This document shows, in pieces, positions 1 to 12,540 of a stretch of DNA of 64,000 nt; position 1 is the first letter of the stretch, and each line of letters begins with the position of its first letter. Both the position numbers and the translations under genes were made by a program. Under the pieces are notes generated by a model. It was not told the origin of the DNA. It did no database searches and was given only the letters and a program-made list of their open reading frames with translations. Source of the stretch: Octopus vulgaris (taxonomy: Eukaryota); assembly GCA_951406725.2 (NCBI GenBank), contig OX597815.1:134726001-134790000 (forward strand). Reading direction: 5' to 3'.

Positions 1-142
1 GTGGTCACGGAGCCAGAGGTGGCGGGAATTTACCTTCCCGCTAACGATATAAACAAGAGTGCATTTTGCGCCAAAGTCAATAAGAGTGTTTCTCTCATAA
101 TAACTACCGCAGTGTAATTTGTTCTAACAGAACATCCGTGTT

Positions 143-610
143 TACGAGGTGGTACCAAAAGGTTCCCGGACTAGTTATATTTAATAAAAAATAACTTATT
201 TACCTAAATTTTAACATCATCTCATTCGAAAAACTCACCTTGCGCAGCAATACTCCGGTCCCAGCGTTCCTGCCACTTTTGGAATCCGTTTTCCTTTAGC
301 GAGTCAAGGTCCTTCTGCGACTCGCTCTGGATCTCGACAACGGTGTTAAAACAGCGACCTTTGAGCTGCATTTTCATCTTGGGTACGAAATATGGCGAAT
401 AGGCTGATGCGGAAGCAATAGCATGTTTTTGGCGAGAAACTCACGAGTGAGGAGTGCATTGCTGTCGTGAAGGATCCTGGTCCACAGGATCCGGTCGCTT
501 TCGCCGAATTTTCTCTCTCAAAGGCTTCAAAACGTTAGAGTAGAATTCTTGATTGATGTGCTGGCTCTGGGGGACGAATTTCCTCGATGTACAATACCAC
601 ATTTCCAGGG
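143..610 (-). mobile_element. Mariner transposon 3' fragment with right terminal inverted repeat
   Basis: Minus strand encodes FVPQSQHINQEFYSNVLKPLREKIRRKRPD and FQKWQERWDRSIAAQGEFFE, typical of the mariner transposase C-terminal half. It ends at TA-CGAGGTGGTACCAAAAGGTTCCCGGAC (143 on), a mariner-type terminus. Confidence 0.85.
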
Positions 611-868
611 GTGACGCTCGTAGCAGGTCTGCCACATCACACATCATTAAATTACGAGGACGTAAACACACCAATACCGGTACAGAGACACACATTCATA
701 AACGGGCAGGCAGACAGACAGACACACACATACATATATACAAATGTCTATATATACGCCAATATCGAAAGAGAGAATGAGTGCTCAAAACTGAATTGGA
801 ACATAAATATTCTTTATTCTTGGATTAACAAAAATACTGTTTCATGCGTGTGTGTGCTTGTATATATA

Positions 869-918
<50 letters not shown>

Positions 919-923
<5 letters not shown>

Positions 924-1132
924 GAAATGAAGAAAATGCTGACAAATAATTGAAGTAATTTAAGTAATTTAATTAGGTGAAAGTTCTTTTTACCGGTTTT
1001 ACATACAGCTCTCCCTGTTCTAAACGTTTAGAACAGGGAGAGCTGTATGTAAAACCGGTAAAAAGAACTTTCACCTAATTAAATTACTTAAATTACTTCA
1101 ATTATTTGTCAGCATTTTCTTCATTTCCTTTT
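919..1132. repeat. Perfect spacerless 214-bp palindrome next to (TA)n tracts
   Basis: 919-1025 is the exact reverse complement of 1026-1132, centred on TAAAC|GTTTA. TA tracts lie at about 871-918 and 1173-1256. Confidence 0.95.
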
Positions 1133-1169
1133 TTATATATCACCACTCGTGTTCGACATCTCCTTTTTT

Positions 1170-1270
<101 letters not shown>

Positions 1271-1650
1271 GTATATCTACATATATATATGCATATACAT
1301 ATACATATATATTTATATATATATATATATACACATACACACGCACACAAACACAAACATATACATATTTACATATGGATATATGAATAATTTTTTCGCA
1401 TGATATAAGATGTTGAGTTTTGGAAAAAAATAACAATACAAATAAATTATAAGTTGTAAAGCTCAAAAAGAAATGGGAGATGCGAAAAAAAACCTACATA
1501 CATGTTTCGGTTCTAGTCCCCAGTTGATATCTAAGCATTTGGTCATATGCTAAGAATGGTATCACTTTTAACTATGTGGAGCAGAACTTCGCCAGGGATT
1601 TTATGGGCTTATAAAACAGAGGTTCTATAAAAATGTTTCTTGAAAGCATC

Positions 1651-1858
1651 TCTTTTACTCTTTTACTCTTTTACTTGTTTCAGTCATTTGACTGTGGCCA
1701 TGCTGGAGCAAATCGACCCCAGGACTTATTCTTTGTAAGCCTAGTACATATTCTATCGGTCTCTTTTGCCGAACCGCTAAGTTACGGGGACGTAAACACA
1801 TCACCATCGGTTGTCAAGCGATGTTGGAGGGACAAACACAGACACAGACACACACACA

Positions 1859-1896
<38 letters not shown>

Positions 1897-2031
1897 TACA
1901 AACATACACACACACACACACATACATACACACTCATATACGATGGGCTTCTTTCAGCTTCTGTCTACCAAATCCACTCACAAGGCTTTGGTCGGCCGGT
2001 GTCACGCAGTGGGACTGAACCCAGAACCATG
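1651..2031 (-). mobile_element. SINE family B copy (internally deleted, head truncated)
   Basis: Same blocks as 23250-23672 and 62505-62930: TTTTACTC tail, conserved body, internal (CA)n and GGGACTGAACC (reverse B box). Confidence 0.85.
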
Positions 2032-4149
2032 TAAATGTACAAAATGTGCACACACACACTTATGTAGCTGCAGATACAAAAAGCGAACTCTGTAAAGCAT
2101 GATGAATGTCCAACTTAGGTTGTGGCCCAACATGCCACCTATTAAGTACTGCCCTCAAGTAGCTAGTACCTTTAATGGTGCTCCTTCTGTAGAAAAATTT
2201 GGGAAAAGATTCTCCCATCGACCAGATCTTCCTTTAGACTTGCCAGTCAGTCACCTCGTTTATCACCAGTCTTGAGACGCCTACAAAATTTATTGGTTCT
2301 TCTTTATCGTTCTTTAACTTTCCTTTAAAAAAATGAGTGAGACAAAACTGTTCAGAGCTGAATGTAGATACGGGAATGACCTCTGATGATAACTTTTTGG
2401 AGAGCGACTGGGTACTACATCTGCCTTTTTATGCATGTGAATAGAACCGCTGATGCAGTCATTAATATCTGTTCATGAATATTTTGGCCATCGGCTCTGA
2501 TTACACACACACGCGCGCGCGCACAAACGTGTATATGCATGTCTATAATATACTGCAAATCTGACTATATGTTGAGGCCTCATTTTGTTTGAATTTACTT
2601 AAATTTTGCAACTGTTGTCGATGATCTAAAATATGCTTAGAACATTAATATTGATGAGAATTGTGAGTTCGTTGTTTATTATTACCAATATGCAGTACAA
2701 TTGATTTGTTAGTATACATGACAGGAAGAATTAAGAATGATGGGCGAACATACTAAAGCAACAAACCTTTTCCGAGGTGATTACAAATGCGTCTGACTTG
2801 AGAAAAATGTAATATGAGTACATTGATAAGGTGACGAAGCAAATATTGAGACGAATGCATGCCAAGAATAAAAGCTAACATTCAGATCTTTCATCCTATC
2901 TGACTCTTATTGACTACAAGCATTATCATTTGAGTTAAAGTTACCCTCTGAAGTTCTGATAAAGAGTCTTATCAGCTGCTGGCCCTTTCATAAATGGATA
3001 AGCTTTCCACCATTTCATGAACTGATAAGCTTTATGTATTGATAGTGGGGGGTTTAATATTCAGCCTACATTTCCCTCGCGTAGTATTTTTTCTTTTTTT
3101 TTTTTGACAGCTGGATCCGGTGGTAGAAGTTTTAAACTCACCCATTAATTGAGATATGAAAAAAATAGACTAAAAGTTCTCTATCCACTTCAAATGCATT
3201 ACAACACATAGACACAAATGCAGCGCTCACGTAGTTTTATGCTCATTGCATCACTAAATGGCCAACTCACACTTGTATACACCTGTATGTAAAACATATT
3301 TCTCCCTCTCTCTATCTCCCCTCACTCTATTTCGCTATTTTTCCTCATTTATGTATTTGTATATATGAGGAGTTTTCTGTACATATGCATATTACACACA
3401 TTATAGTAACAGAACCATTTGATATTTAAGAATCGATAGAGTAAACCTGTAGATGAAAAAGTTACTGGGCTCGATATTATAGACTAAAATTTATTGAAGG
3501 CGGTGCTGCAGCATGACCGTAGTCTAATGACTGAAACAAGTATTATCATAAAAATAATATAAGGATATATGAAAGAGACAAATAAATATGTGCAAGCTGA
3601 ATTGTGTCATTTCTGCTTTGATTTTAGATAAGATTTTCTCTTTTACTTTCTTATAAGATGTAGTAAAACCATAATTTAATCTTGAAAGAGAACAAACAAT
3701 GCATCCGTCACAACAATCAATAACATCTCAGTTACGCTGTTTAGAAGATTCTTCAACTGCAGAAATATCGCATACAGTAATTGTAAAGTGTAACAATTGC
3801 AACAGAATAAAGGTTCTGTTATTTGACTTTGATCACAATATTAACTACTAAGATGGCTTTGATAGCCGGAATTACAAAGACATTCTGTTGTTTGTTTGTC
3901 AGACTGTCCAGTGTTCTGAATATATGTCTTCCTGTCCATGCCATTTACTACAAACCCTTTCCTCTCTCTTTCTTCTCTTACTTCCTTTCTCTCTCTCTTT
4001 CTCTCTCTCTCAAACACACACACACAAATACAAACACAACACATATACAAATGTTAAAGTTCCTAAGTGAAAAGAAAGATAGTCCTCAATATATAGTGTA
4101 GAGTTTATTCCTATATTTAAACTCATGATTTTGTCAATAGTCAAGTTTT

Positions 4150-4990
4150 TCGCTTTGCGCATCTTTAAGTGAATATTCTAGATAGTTAAACGTTCATTTT
4201 CCTTTAGCCTCCAGTATACCGCAAATAAAACGTTACATTTTTGTATGTTCTGCTAGTTACTTGGATATAGTTTTACGGAGCTCTCTTTTGCAGTACCGCT
4301 GTCATATAAATTACTTAAAAAATAATTACCAATTTACGAGTATGGTATTGAAATTTTGAAGTTACATCTATTTTGCTTTTAGACAGGGGATTATTAGGTA
4401 TTTGGTTATTATATTCTGGTTGGCATTCTTTGGTTTCGTGCATAACTATTACCAACTTTTGTATTAGTCTTATTAAAGAGCATATGATACCTATGGTCAG
4501 TTGGAAAGTGTTTAATGATAAGCACTAGCAAAATTTCGTACACTTAACACTACATTTAGACTGAATAGTTGATTTTGTCGAGGTTTTAGTTTCTTTAGCA
4601 ATAATTATAAGTTCTAACGCTTCTCCTTAGTGCTTCCTTGTCGAATTTTATTTTGTCAGTGGATATTGTGAAGGTTTCATGCTTATGCTGCCGACATTTA
4701 AAAAAAGTAATTATTCAAGTAGGGTGATTAGAATGTCTGTTTGTATAAATCACCAATTCATTACGCTTCTTATAAGATTAATATTTTTCTGTAAGTAGAC
4801 TTAGGTTTACATCTAGAAAGTGGACAATAGGAAGATTAACCTGGAGTATTACTTCGTTACTGAATTCTTTAAAAGTATTTGCTATAATATTTTTTTCTGA
4901 ATTTTATCTAGTTAATGCCCTTCTAACTTTTGAGGGAGTACTTGGCCTCTATATTTGTAGTGTTTTATCTTTAAATCGTTGTATATATTA
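4150..4990 (-). mobile_element. Degenerate Penelope-like element, RT C-terminus/thumb region
   Basis: Minus-strand translation VHFLDVNLSLLTEKY*SYKKRNELVIYTNRHSNHP resembles the PLE motif FLDV..L....Y..Y.KPN....YI...SNHP. Many stops. Confidence 0.7.
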
Positions 4991-5433
4991 CGTAGCATTG
5001 CTAAGTAATATATACAAAAATGTAAAAATCTATGTCTGAAAACGTTGCTACATCATAGTAATGCGTACCAACATTCGACAATTCTTCATTATCTTTTTTT
5101 AACCCGGGAGAAATATAGAACCGAAGGAAAATTTTCGCAGTCATTATCGTAATGGTGGTTGTTGATTGGGGAAAATATGTTTGCTAAGTCGAATATTATT
5201 GCTAGGAGATGTTTTTCAGCCGACGAGTAGAATTCTGTTATGTTGAACGGGGCAAATTTATGCGATTTTCTGTTCTTTGAAAACGATTAGAAAAAAAGGT
5301 ATGCAACTGTAAAATATCAAGAATAGTTACCTGAAAGAAAGATTGCAATTCAAACACATACGCATGCGCGCACACACGCATGCGCATACATGCACCTGCA
5401 TACATATAAATATACATACATGTGTGTGTGTGC

Positions 5434-5476
<43 letters not shown>

Positions 5477-6636
5477 TGATAAATGTTCATCACAGAAAAG
5501 TACAGACTCGCTTACGTATGGGTACACACACAGACGCAAACAGACAGACAGACATGCTCACATACACACGCGCACACACACACACACACATATGTTTTTA
5601 TATACACATATACATGTAAAGGAACAATAATATAACTGTTTAAGATATATTTCTGAGGTTCTGCACATTCGGATGCTCGCACACAAGAATACAAAGAATA
5701 TTGGTGAGCCATTCTCATGAAACGTCTGCCAAATGCAAACAGAATATGGTACAACACAAAAATCACGAAAACACCGTGACATTGAGCTGTGTAAATATCT
5801 TGTATGACAGCTTTCAATGGTTCCATTCAGCTTCAATATCCACAATAGCATAACGCTAGTTCTGAATTATTTCCTTAACTGTTGGCTGGAAAAGTCAAGT
5901 TTATTCAATGCGATTATTTCGTAGGCAATTGATCCAAAGCATATTCGTGAAAGGCATTCCATTTAAAATACTTCAAACACATCTAAATGGTATGGATTAA
6001 TTGCTTTAGTACCATATAACAATACAGATTTAACAGACGATCGATAAATACGGATTTTATGTGTAATGAGATGTTATGTTTTTCCCAAACACACCAATTA
6101 AAAAGATAGAAGCTGCGAAGCAAATTCGATTTTTGCTATCTAATGATGCAGCAATTTTATTTTCTACATATCAAAAGAATTTAAACGTAGTATCTTGTTC
6201 TAATTGTAGCCCACATAAAGTTGACATTGACGTGTCGTACAAAACAAGTGTTTTCATTTATAAAAGCAGATTCATATGTATAGTATCACACACATACTAT
6301 ACACAACTTCACACACATATTCACACGTCCATACACACCCCCAACACAAATACACGAAGCACACATCACTTCACACAATGCACGCATTAGGTTACTTATA
6401 CACACACACACGCTCCCATAAGCACACGCCATCCCACATATATCTTTACGCTCGCCCACGCATACACACTCACACACACACTCGCTTGCGCACCATAGTT
6501 CAGCCGGGTCACTGTTATTATCTCCCTTTCACTCGGCCTGTCTCTTCCGATCATTTCAGCGTGTTAAACCGTTAATGCCGACACTTTCTTTACTCTCTCC
6601 GATTTTTTTCGTTCTTTCTCCATTCCCCCTCTCATC

Positions 6637-6674
6637 CCTCTCTGTTGAAGAGCCTAGACTCGAAACGTGAAAGA
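6637..6674 (+). ncRNA. Decayed minimal hammerhead motif, same family as 13686-13720
   Basis: CTGTTGA-A-GAG-CCTAGA-CTC-GAAA-CG-TG-AAAG. Core A6 and the cleavage base are mutated; downstream AGCGTC..A..TAATAC is shared with the 13.7-kb copy. Confidence 0.6.
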
Positions 6675-6733
6675 TTTTTTCAGTCTTCTCAAGCGTCAAA
6701 CTAATACATCTGTTTGTTGTTCCCTCATCGCTC

Positions 6734-6905
6734 CGCTCCAGTCAGCAATATATTATAAACAAAGCAGTCATCGGTTACTGATTTGCAACTTGTTTGTATA
6801 GTTACTAATCTGTTCTCTTCTTGAGATTTTACAACTAGCTATTTTGCTTGTTGCAAATCAGTGACCGATGATCGCTTTGTTTACAATACATTGCTGGCTG
6901 GAGCG
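6734..6905. repeat. 56-bp inverted repeat with about 60-bp spacer, just upstream of a hammerhead
   Basis: 6734-6789 matches the reverse complement of 6850-6905 with about 6 mismatches. Confidence 0.9.
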
Positions 6906-6936
6906 AACCCTAGTTATCGTTCTGGCGACCAGATAT

Positions 6937-6981
6937 TCGTAACTGAAGATAAGCGAACATGCTCGAAACTCAGTCTCGCGA
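6937..6981 (+). ncRNA. Minimal type I hammerhead ribozyme
   Basis: TCGTAA-CTGAAGA-TA-AGC-GAACAT-GCT-C-GAAA-CTCAG-TC-TCGCGA. Intact core, GUC site, near-palindromic stem III (ACTCAGT), stem I with one mismatch. Confidence 0.75.
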
Positions 6982-7778
6982 TCCTATTGTCTGTTAGAAG
7001 ATGATAGGTGTTTGTTCTTCCCAGTCATGGCCTGGGCCGATAATGGCCGAAAACAATCTAAGTTATATGCAGGGTACAGAGCCGCACCGATAAGCAGATG
7101 ACGGAAGATCTGCCTGGGGTTAAACTAGTAGTGACATGGAACAACCACTTTGATGTGGCGATTAGCCCTTTCACACTTCGTTCATTCCACTCTTCGTTCT
7201 TTCGTTCCCCCTCTCTCACATTTCCTGGCCTTCTCTTCATGCTCACTTTCCCTCTTTCACTTCTCTGTGTCTCTTTCCTTTTTCTCTCGCCCTTCCTTAA
7301 TTCTTCTATCTCTCTGCCTCTACCTCTCTCTCTTCTTTCTCCACGTGACCGGCGTTCGACCAGGCCTGACGTTTCTTTCTTAGTTGGACTACTGTCCGTG
7401 CAACATCTATATTCCTTCCTGTGCTTGTTAAATCTTATGTCTCTGCCGTAAGGCTTTACTTCCACACACGCCAGCTTAATTTAATTCGTCCTTAGTCGAA
7501 AGACACCTGTTGTTATATCCTGTTATTTGTACTTGTGTAACATTTCTCTGTTTATTTTTCCGTCCTTGTTTTCGTATACATTCGCCGCTTTCTTCCAAGG
7601 AATGTAATGCTCTTAGCTTATTTTTGCCTTGGGGCTGGCCAGATTGGAGCAATCTCGAGTCCAACCGAAATTGCAAAGATAATCTGGAACTCGATTGAGG
7701 ATAGAAAACTCCGAATGATCCGTCCTTGTTTTCCTTGTATCGTCTGTCTGGATGTTTTGCGTTCTTGTCCCATTTTTG

Positions 7779-7857
<79 letters not shown>

Positions 7858-8944
7858 AAACAGGTATTTTATTCCACACGGGATCGAAGAATTAAGGAAT
7901 GGCGAGAGAAAATATAGGAAAAGTAGAAGCTGAAAATGCACTGAGAATAGTTAAAATATTTATTATTATTATATTCAAAGATTTACCGGTTTTACAGTTT
8001 ACACTGATTTTCAAAAAATTGAAATAGAAAGACGTGGCTTATGTCGCAGCTGTTTTACTTCTGACTAGAGTTTGAAGCTTGCCCTATATTTATAGGGAGT
8101 TCATGGCTCAAATTAGTATATGTTTCAAATAGGTTTTGATTGGTAAAGGATAGTCACATGACTGGTCTCAGAAATTTTTGTAGGTTCCCCACTACGTTCT
8201 TGTGTTAGTATCAACTGACAGTGTTTAGCGTCGTAAGTTAAGGCTGATACGGTTGACTGAACAAGTCTAGTGGTAGTACTAAATAATCAATGCTCTGAAT
8301 ATTTTCTGTCAAATGTTTGTAGAGAATGAATACGTGATTATGTTTAGAAACTTCTGTACGTTTCCCGCTATGTCAGTGCGTTAGTGTCACGTGACAGTAT
8401 ATTTTGAGCCTAAAATGAAGACCGACACGGTTGAGTGAACATGTTTAGCTCCAATCAAGGCACTCCAAATTTAATCTGTCTGGTGGGAGCGTAGACAGGA
8501 GATGTTTGTATGTAGACCAGTGACTAATGTTTAGGTTGTTAGCTGTGTAGGTTTCTCATTTTATGTGGCAGAAAGAGTTTTGACATTTGATAGCGTAAAT
8601 TCCTTGAAGAACATGTAAAGCATTTTTTACAAATGTCAAGGATGTAATGAAAATTACATAGGTCAAACAAAGCTTACTCTAAGAAATAGACTGACCATTC
8701 GCTGACAACAAAGATGAGCCTCCAGTATTTGACAGATTCCACTAAGTGGACAGATAGATATATGTGCAAAAATTATCCCCCAAATTCCAGGTCTTCTCGC
8801 TCTACCTATGTTCAGTAAATACCACAAATGAAGCAGAGATAAACAAAAAGAATACTTTCATACAAAATTACAAATCCAGACTGAACAAACTTTAACAAAG
8901 TACATACACAAGTAACTATTCCTACACAAAACTCATTCTGCCAC
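7858..8944. mobile_element. Penelope-like element 3' portion: GIY-YIG fragment (+, 8610-8890) joined to an inverted 3' segment (-, 7858-8582)
   Basis: From 8631: KCQGCNENYIGQTKLTLRNRLTIR*QQ, matching the PLE GIY-YIG pattern C..C...YIGQT...L..R, ending FIQNYKSRLN. An 18-mer at 8927-8944 recurs inverted at 8565-8582. The element abuts (TA)n at 7782-7856. Confidence 0.7.
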
Positions 8945-9049
8945 TGGTCTTTTGCATCCGTTGTAATATAGGATCTGGAACAAAATGCTATGTTCTTGAG
9001 TTCTGTACAATATCATCATATAAGATACAAAATGAATTTTTGTTCTTCA

Positions 9050-10330
9050 TGTCATACAAAATTTCTTTCGTAACTACCGCTATTCTCTGTCCACCTATTG
9101 ATGATATTTTAGCTAAATCTCTGGCTGAGATTTAGTTCAAAGTAGAATTTAAACGTTTTCATTTAAGGCTGGTATCCAATTATATAATTCCAAACGCCAG
9201 AATCCAATTCTGATTGAACATTTTTGTCAACATTACAATATGACTAAAGAATTATCGTGAATATATAGAAAGCAAGAAAAGCGAACTGTCAATCTAGACG
9301 CAATCATTAAAATACCAACCAGACGTCAATTTGTTTTCAGGTTCTAACATGATTTTATCAACCCACCAATTAAATTCCCCGTCTATTGTGAATACTTGAT
9401 GAGAGTTAACAATCACCTTTCTATTACTCATCACGTCAGGTAGTACCATTCATGGCATTGTAATTTCCTTAACAGATATGCATAGCAACGTGTTGTCATG
9501 CACATCAGTTCAAAACTCTTCCAAACACTTGTCCACTTTATCAAGTATATTATTATTTCTGCCAAATCTTATTCCTCTACATAAATATAGTTGCTGTGTT
9601 GTAAGTGCATCAATGATAACTGAAAATAATGTAGACGAATTTATATCTAGAAAGTGATGAAAACTCAGAAAATATTCATAGGCACCAAGCGTTTGTCGAC
9701 CCAATGACTATATAACGCAAGTTGTTTTTCGTTGGATCTATCGATAAACTTGTCAGCAACAATTGGGGAAAATAGTTTGTGTCTACTTCTCCGAATAAGA
9801 CTCTAATAACAAAAGCAGACATTCTAGAGCAGAAGTCACTTTGTGTGTTGTAGATCAGATATCTGCCTGTGCTAGCTTTGTTAAATCACATCAGAAGATC
9901 AGAATAATCTCAAACGTAGTAGGTTATACAACCGGATGATTCATCAGCGTTTTCTGCATGGCTATTCCTTGTTGGCAACCAAGTTGCAATCGTTCAATAT
10001 TTTTCATTACAGATTTATGATTTGTTTGCATATTCTCTTGCTACCAATTCTGTAATTGTATTTAAGAATCAGTACTTCCAATTCAATAAGAACGCGGTGA
10101 CCTTCAAAGATTCAATGTTCCTTAAAGCATTGACGATCTATATATTTTTATGATGGGCTTTTTTCCAATCGTAAAATCCTTCTGTTAAAAATACATTTTC
10201 TTTACCCCCCACCACCGCCAGCATACTGTAGTTTTGAATTATCAGATTTTGTACAGAAAAACAAATAAAAACAAATACACATTTAGTCACAATAAATTAA
10301 CATTCTTCGGCTGATTTGCTTGAAGCAAAC
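9050..10330 (-). mobile_element. hAT (ZMYM1-like) transposase relic
   Basis: Minus-strand pieces FLTEGFYDWKKA, FSPIVADKFIDRSNEKQLALYSHWVD and EYFLSFHHFLDINSSTLFSVIIDAL...LCRG align in order with hAT motifs GF..WKK, FSII.DE..D.S..EQL.....WVD and EEFLGF......CRGQ.YDG. Confidence 0.8.
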
Positions 10331-11213
10331 TTAGGCATGGTTTCCTTAGCTTGTAGTGCTGATATTAATTGTAGCCGAAACTATTGCATCAGAAATTACT
10401 TAACAAGAAGACTTTGATTGTATTTGCAGTTGCGTTATATAGTATATTTAATCATATTAACTTGACAAATTAAGAATTTCAATTTGAATAAACCTATAAT
10501 AGCATATATAAACACAAGTACTTGCAGTTTGAAATGAGTTTCGAACAAACAGCTGGATAATAATATGATTTTCCCACACGTATGGCAGTAGCAGAGAGGC
10601 AGTCACATTTTCTCTTCATTTGATTCTTGATCAGAATAATAAATCTACAGAATGTTGCACAGAATGTTGTATATATTTATAAAGGTGTATGAGAAGCCAT
10701 ATTTGACATTGACATGCAGTCCGATATGTCAACGTAAACATTTACAAATTATTCTCGAAATGGTAATTTTTCGAAATTCTGGCTGTAACTGTTATATTTT
10801 AGCAAGTGATTATGTTATGCTGTTATTATCAATTCATTGCATGAACCTTTTTAAATCCTGAGATCATTTCTCTGAATAAAGAAATAATTCAGGTCTGAAA
10901 GGGTTAATTAATAAATAGCAATTCTAGTTACAAATAAAAATTAATAATTTATAAAACAAATTAATTACATGCTTAGTAAAACAGTAGAATTCAAGGCAAC
11001 GAACGATATTCGGTGTTGGCAAAAATTAATCTCCGTGTATTTGTAAAACATCTATGCACCGCGCAGCCGCATTATTTTACTTCACTTGCGCATGTGTTGT
11101 ACAAGTATTGCTTTTACTTCCGTTCTTTTTATCACACTGACGTAAACCTATGTACTTCTGTTGAAAGATATACAATTGTCTTTCTTGTTTTCAACTTCCG
11201 TCATTATACACAG

Positions 11214-11620
11214 AGGTGGCGAGCAAAGCAGAATCATTAGCACACTAGACGAAATGCTTAGCGGTATTTCACCTGTCGCTACGTTCTGAGTTCAAATTCC
11301 ACCGAGGTCGACTTTGCCTTTCATCTTTCGGGGTCGATAAAATAAGTACCAGTTACGCTCTGGGGTCGATATAATCGACTTAATCCGTTTGTCTGTGTTT
11401 GTTTGTCCTCTCTGTGTTTAGCCCCTTGTGGGTAGTAAAGAAATAGGTATTTCGTCTGTCTTTATGTTCTGAGTTTAAATTCCGCCGAGGTCAACTTTGC
11501 CTTTAATCCTTTAGGGGTCGATAAATTAAGTACCAGTTACGCACTGGAGTCGATGTTATCGACTAGCTCCGTTCCCCCAAACTTCAGGCCTTATACGACA
11601 ATAGCAAAAGACATTAATTC
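11214..11620 (+). mobile_element. SINE family A with duplicated central unit
   Basis: Head GGTGGCGAGC..GCAGAATC.TTAGC, B-box-like GAGTTCAAATTCC, and two copies of GTCGACTTTGCCTTT.ATC.TTT.GGGGTCGATAAA.TAAGTACCAG. Confidence 0.85.
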
Positions 11621-11929
11621 TTGTATTATGTGTGCATGTATGTGTTGATCAGAGATCTGAAACCAGAGATATGCTACTGGTTATCCCGTAAGCTAATGGA
11701 ACCTGTACTTGATAGAATCGCTCGTGACTAAGCCGGTAACTTTTCCAAATTTGCTTGGTGAGGAGGAAGATTTTCGGATACCTCCAGTACGAAAGACAAA
11801 ACCTGTTAAAGAGAAGATATACTCAAGAGAATCAACGACAATCCAATAGTGTATACATATATTCATGTGCACGCACACACACGCACACACACACACACAC
11901 ACAGACACACACACACACACATACACACA

Positions 11930-11989
<60 letters not shown>

Positions 11990-12540
11990 GACTGAATGAT
12001 ATAAAACAAAAATAACTTTTTCAAACAAATAGTTTTAAAATGTTTTAATTGTTTCTTTTATTTGGATGGAAACATTTAAACAATTCAGCTTCAGAATCTT
12101 CTGAAGCGATGTTCTGTCAATGCCTAGTTGAGTAGAGCGATGACGGATAGAGGCTGATGGATCCTGAAGGACACTCTGCCGTACAGCTTCCACTGCTGCG
12201 TCAGTGCGCACAGTGCGCTGAGGACCACTTCTCGGAAGATTGCCGACTGATCCAGTTCTTTCGAACCGGGCGATTAGGTTCCGAATCATGCTATTGCTAG
12301 GAGATACTCTAACAGTAAAATGTTGCCGGTATGTTCTCTGAGTCTGAATAATTGATCTTTCACTGGAATAGAAAAAACTTAATGAGTTTTACTCGTTGCT
12401 GGACATCATACGTAGCCATTTTAGTATCCAAGAGATGCTCTATTAACATGCAAAAAAAAAAAAAAAAGAAAGCAAAAAGATTGAAAAGGAACAAGTTATG
12501 ACTTTTTCAAACCCTTCAGTTTTTCTGTGTCCACCCTGTA
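11990..12540 (-). mobile_element. Tc1/mariner-superfamily element 5' part (DUF4817-type HTH transposase N-terminus)
   Basis: Terminus TA-CAGGGTGGACACAGAAAA at 12540. ATG at 12419 gives MATYDVQQRVKLIKF, then after a frameshift ...MIRNLIARFERTGSVGNLPRSGPQRTVRT...DPSASIRHRSTQLGI. Confidence 0.85.

Noticed and set aside
5640-6000. Overlapping ORFs in unique-looking DNA
   Set aside because: No recognisable homology; they run into microsatellite.
7437-7510. CTGCCGTAAGGCT...AGTCGAAAGACA
   Set aside because: Too many core changes and no stem III or cleavage triplet.
10885-10907. AAAGGG-TTAA piggyBac-like terminus
   Set aside because: No matching TTAA-CCC end or transposase was found.
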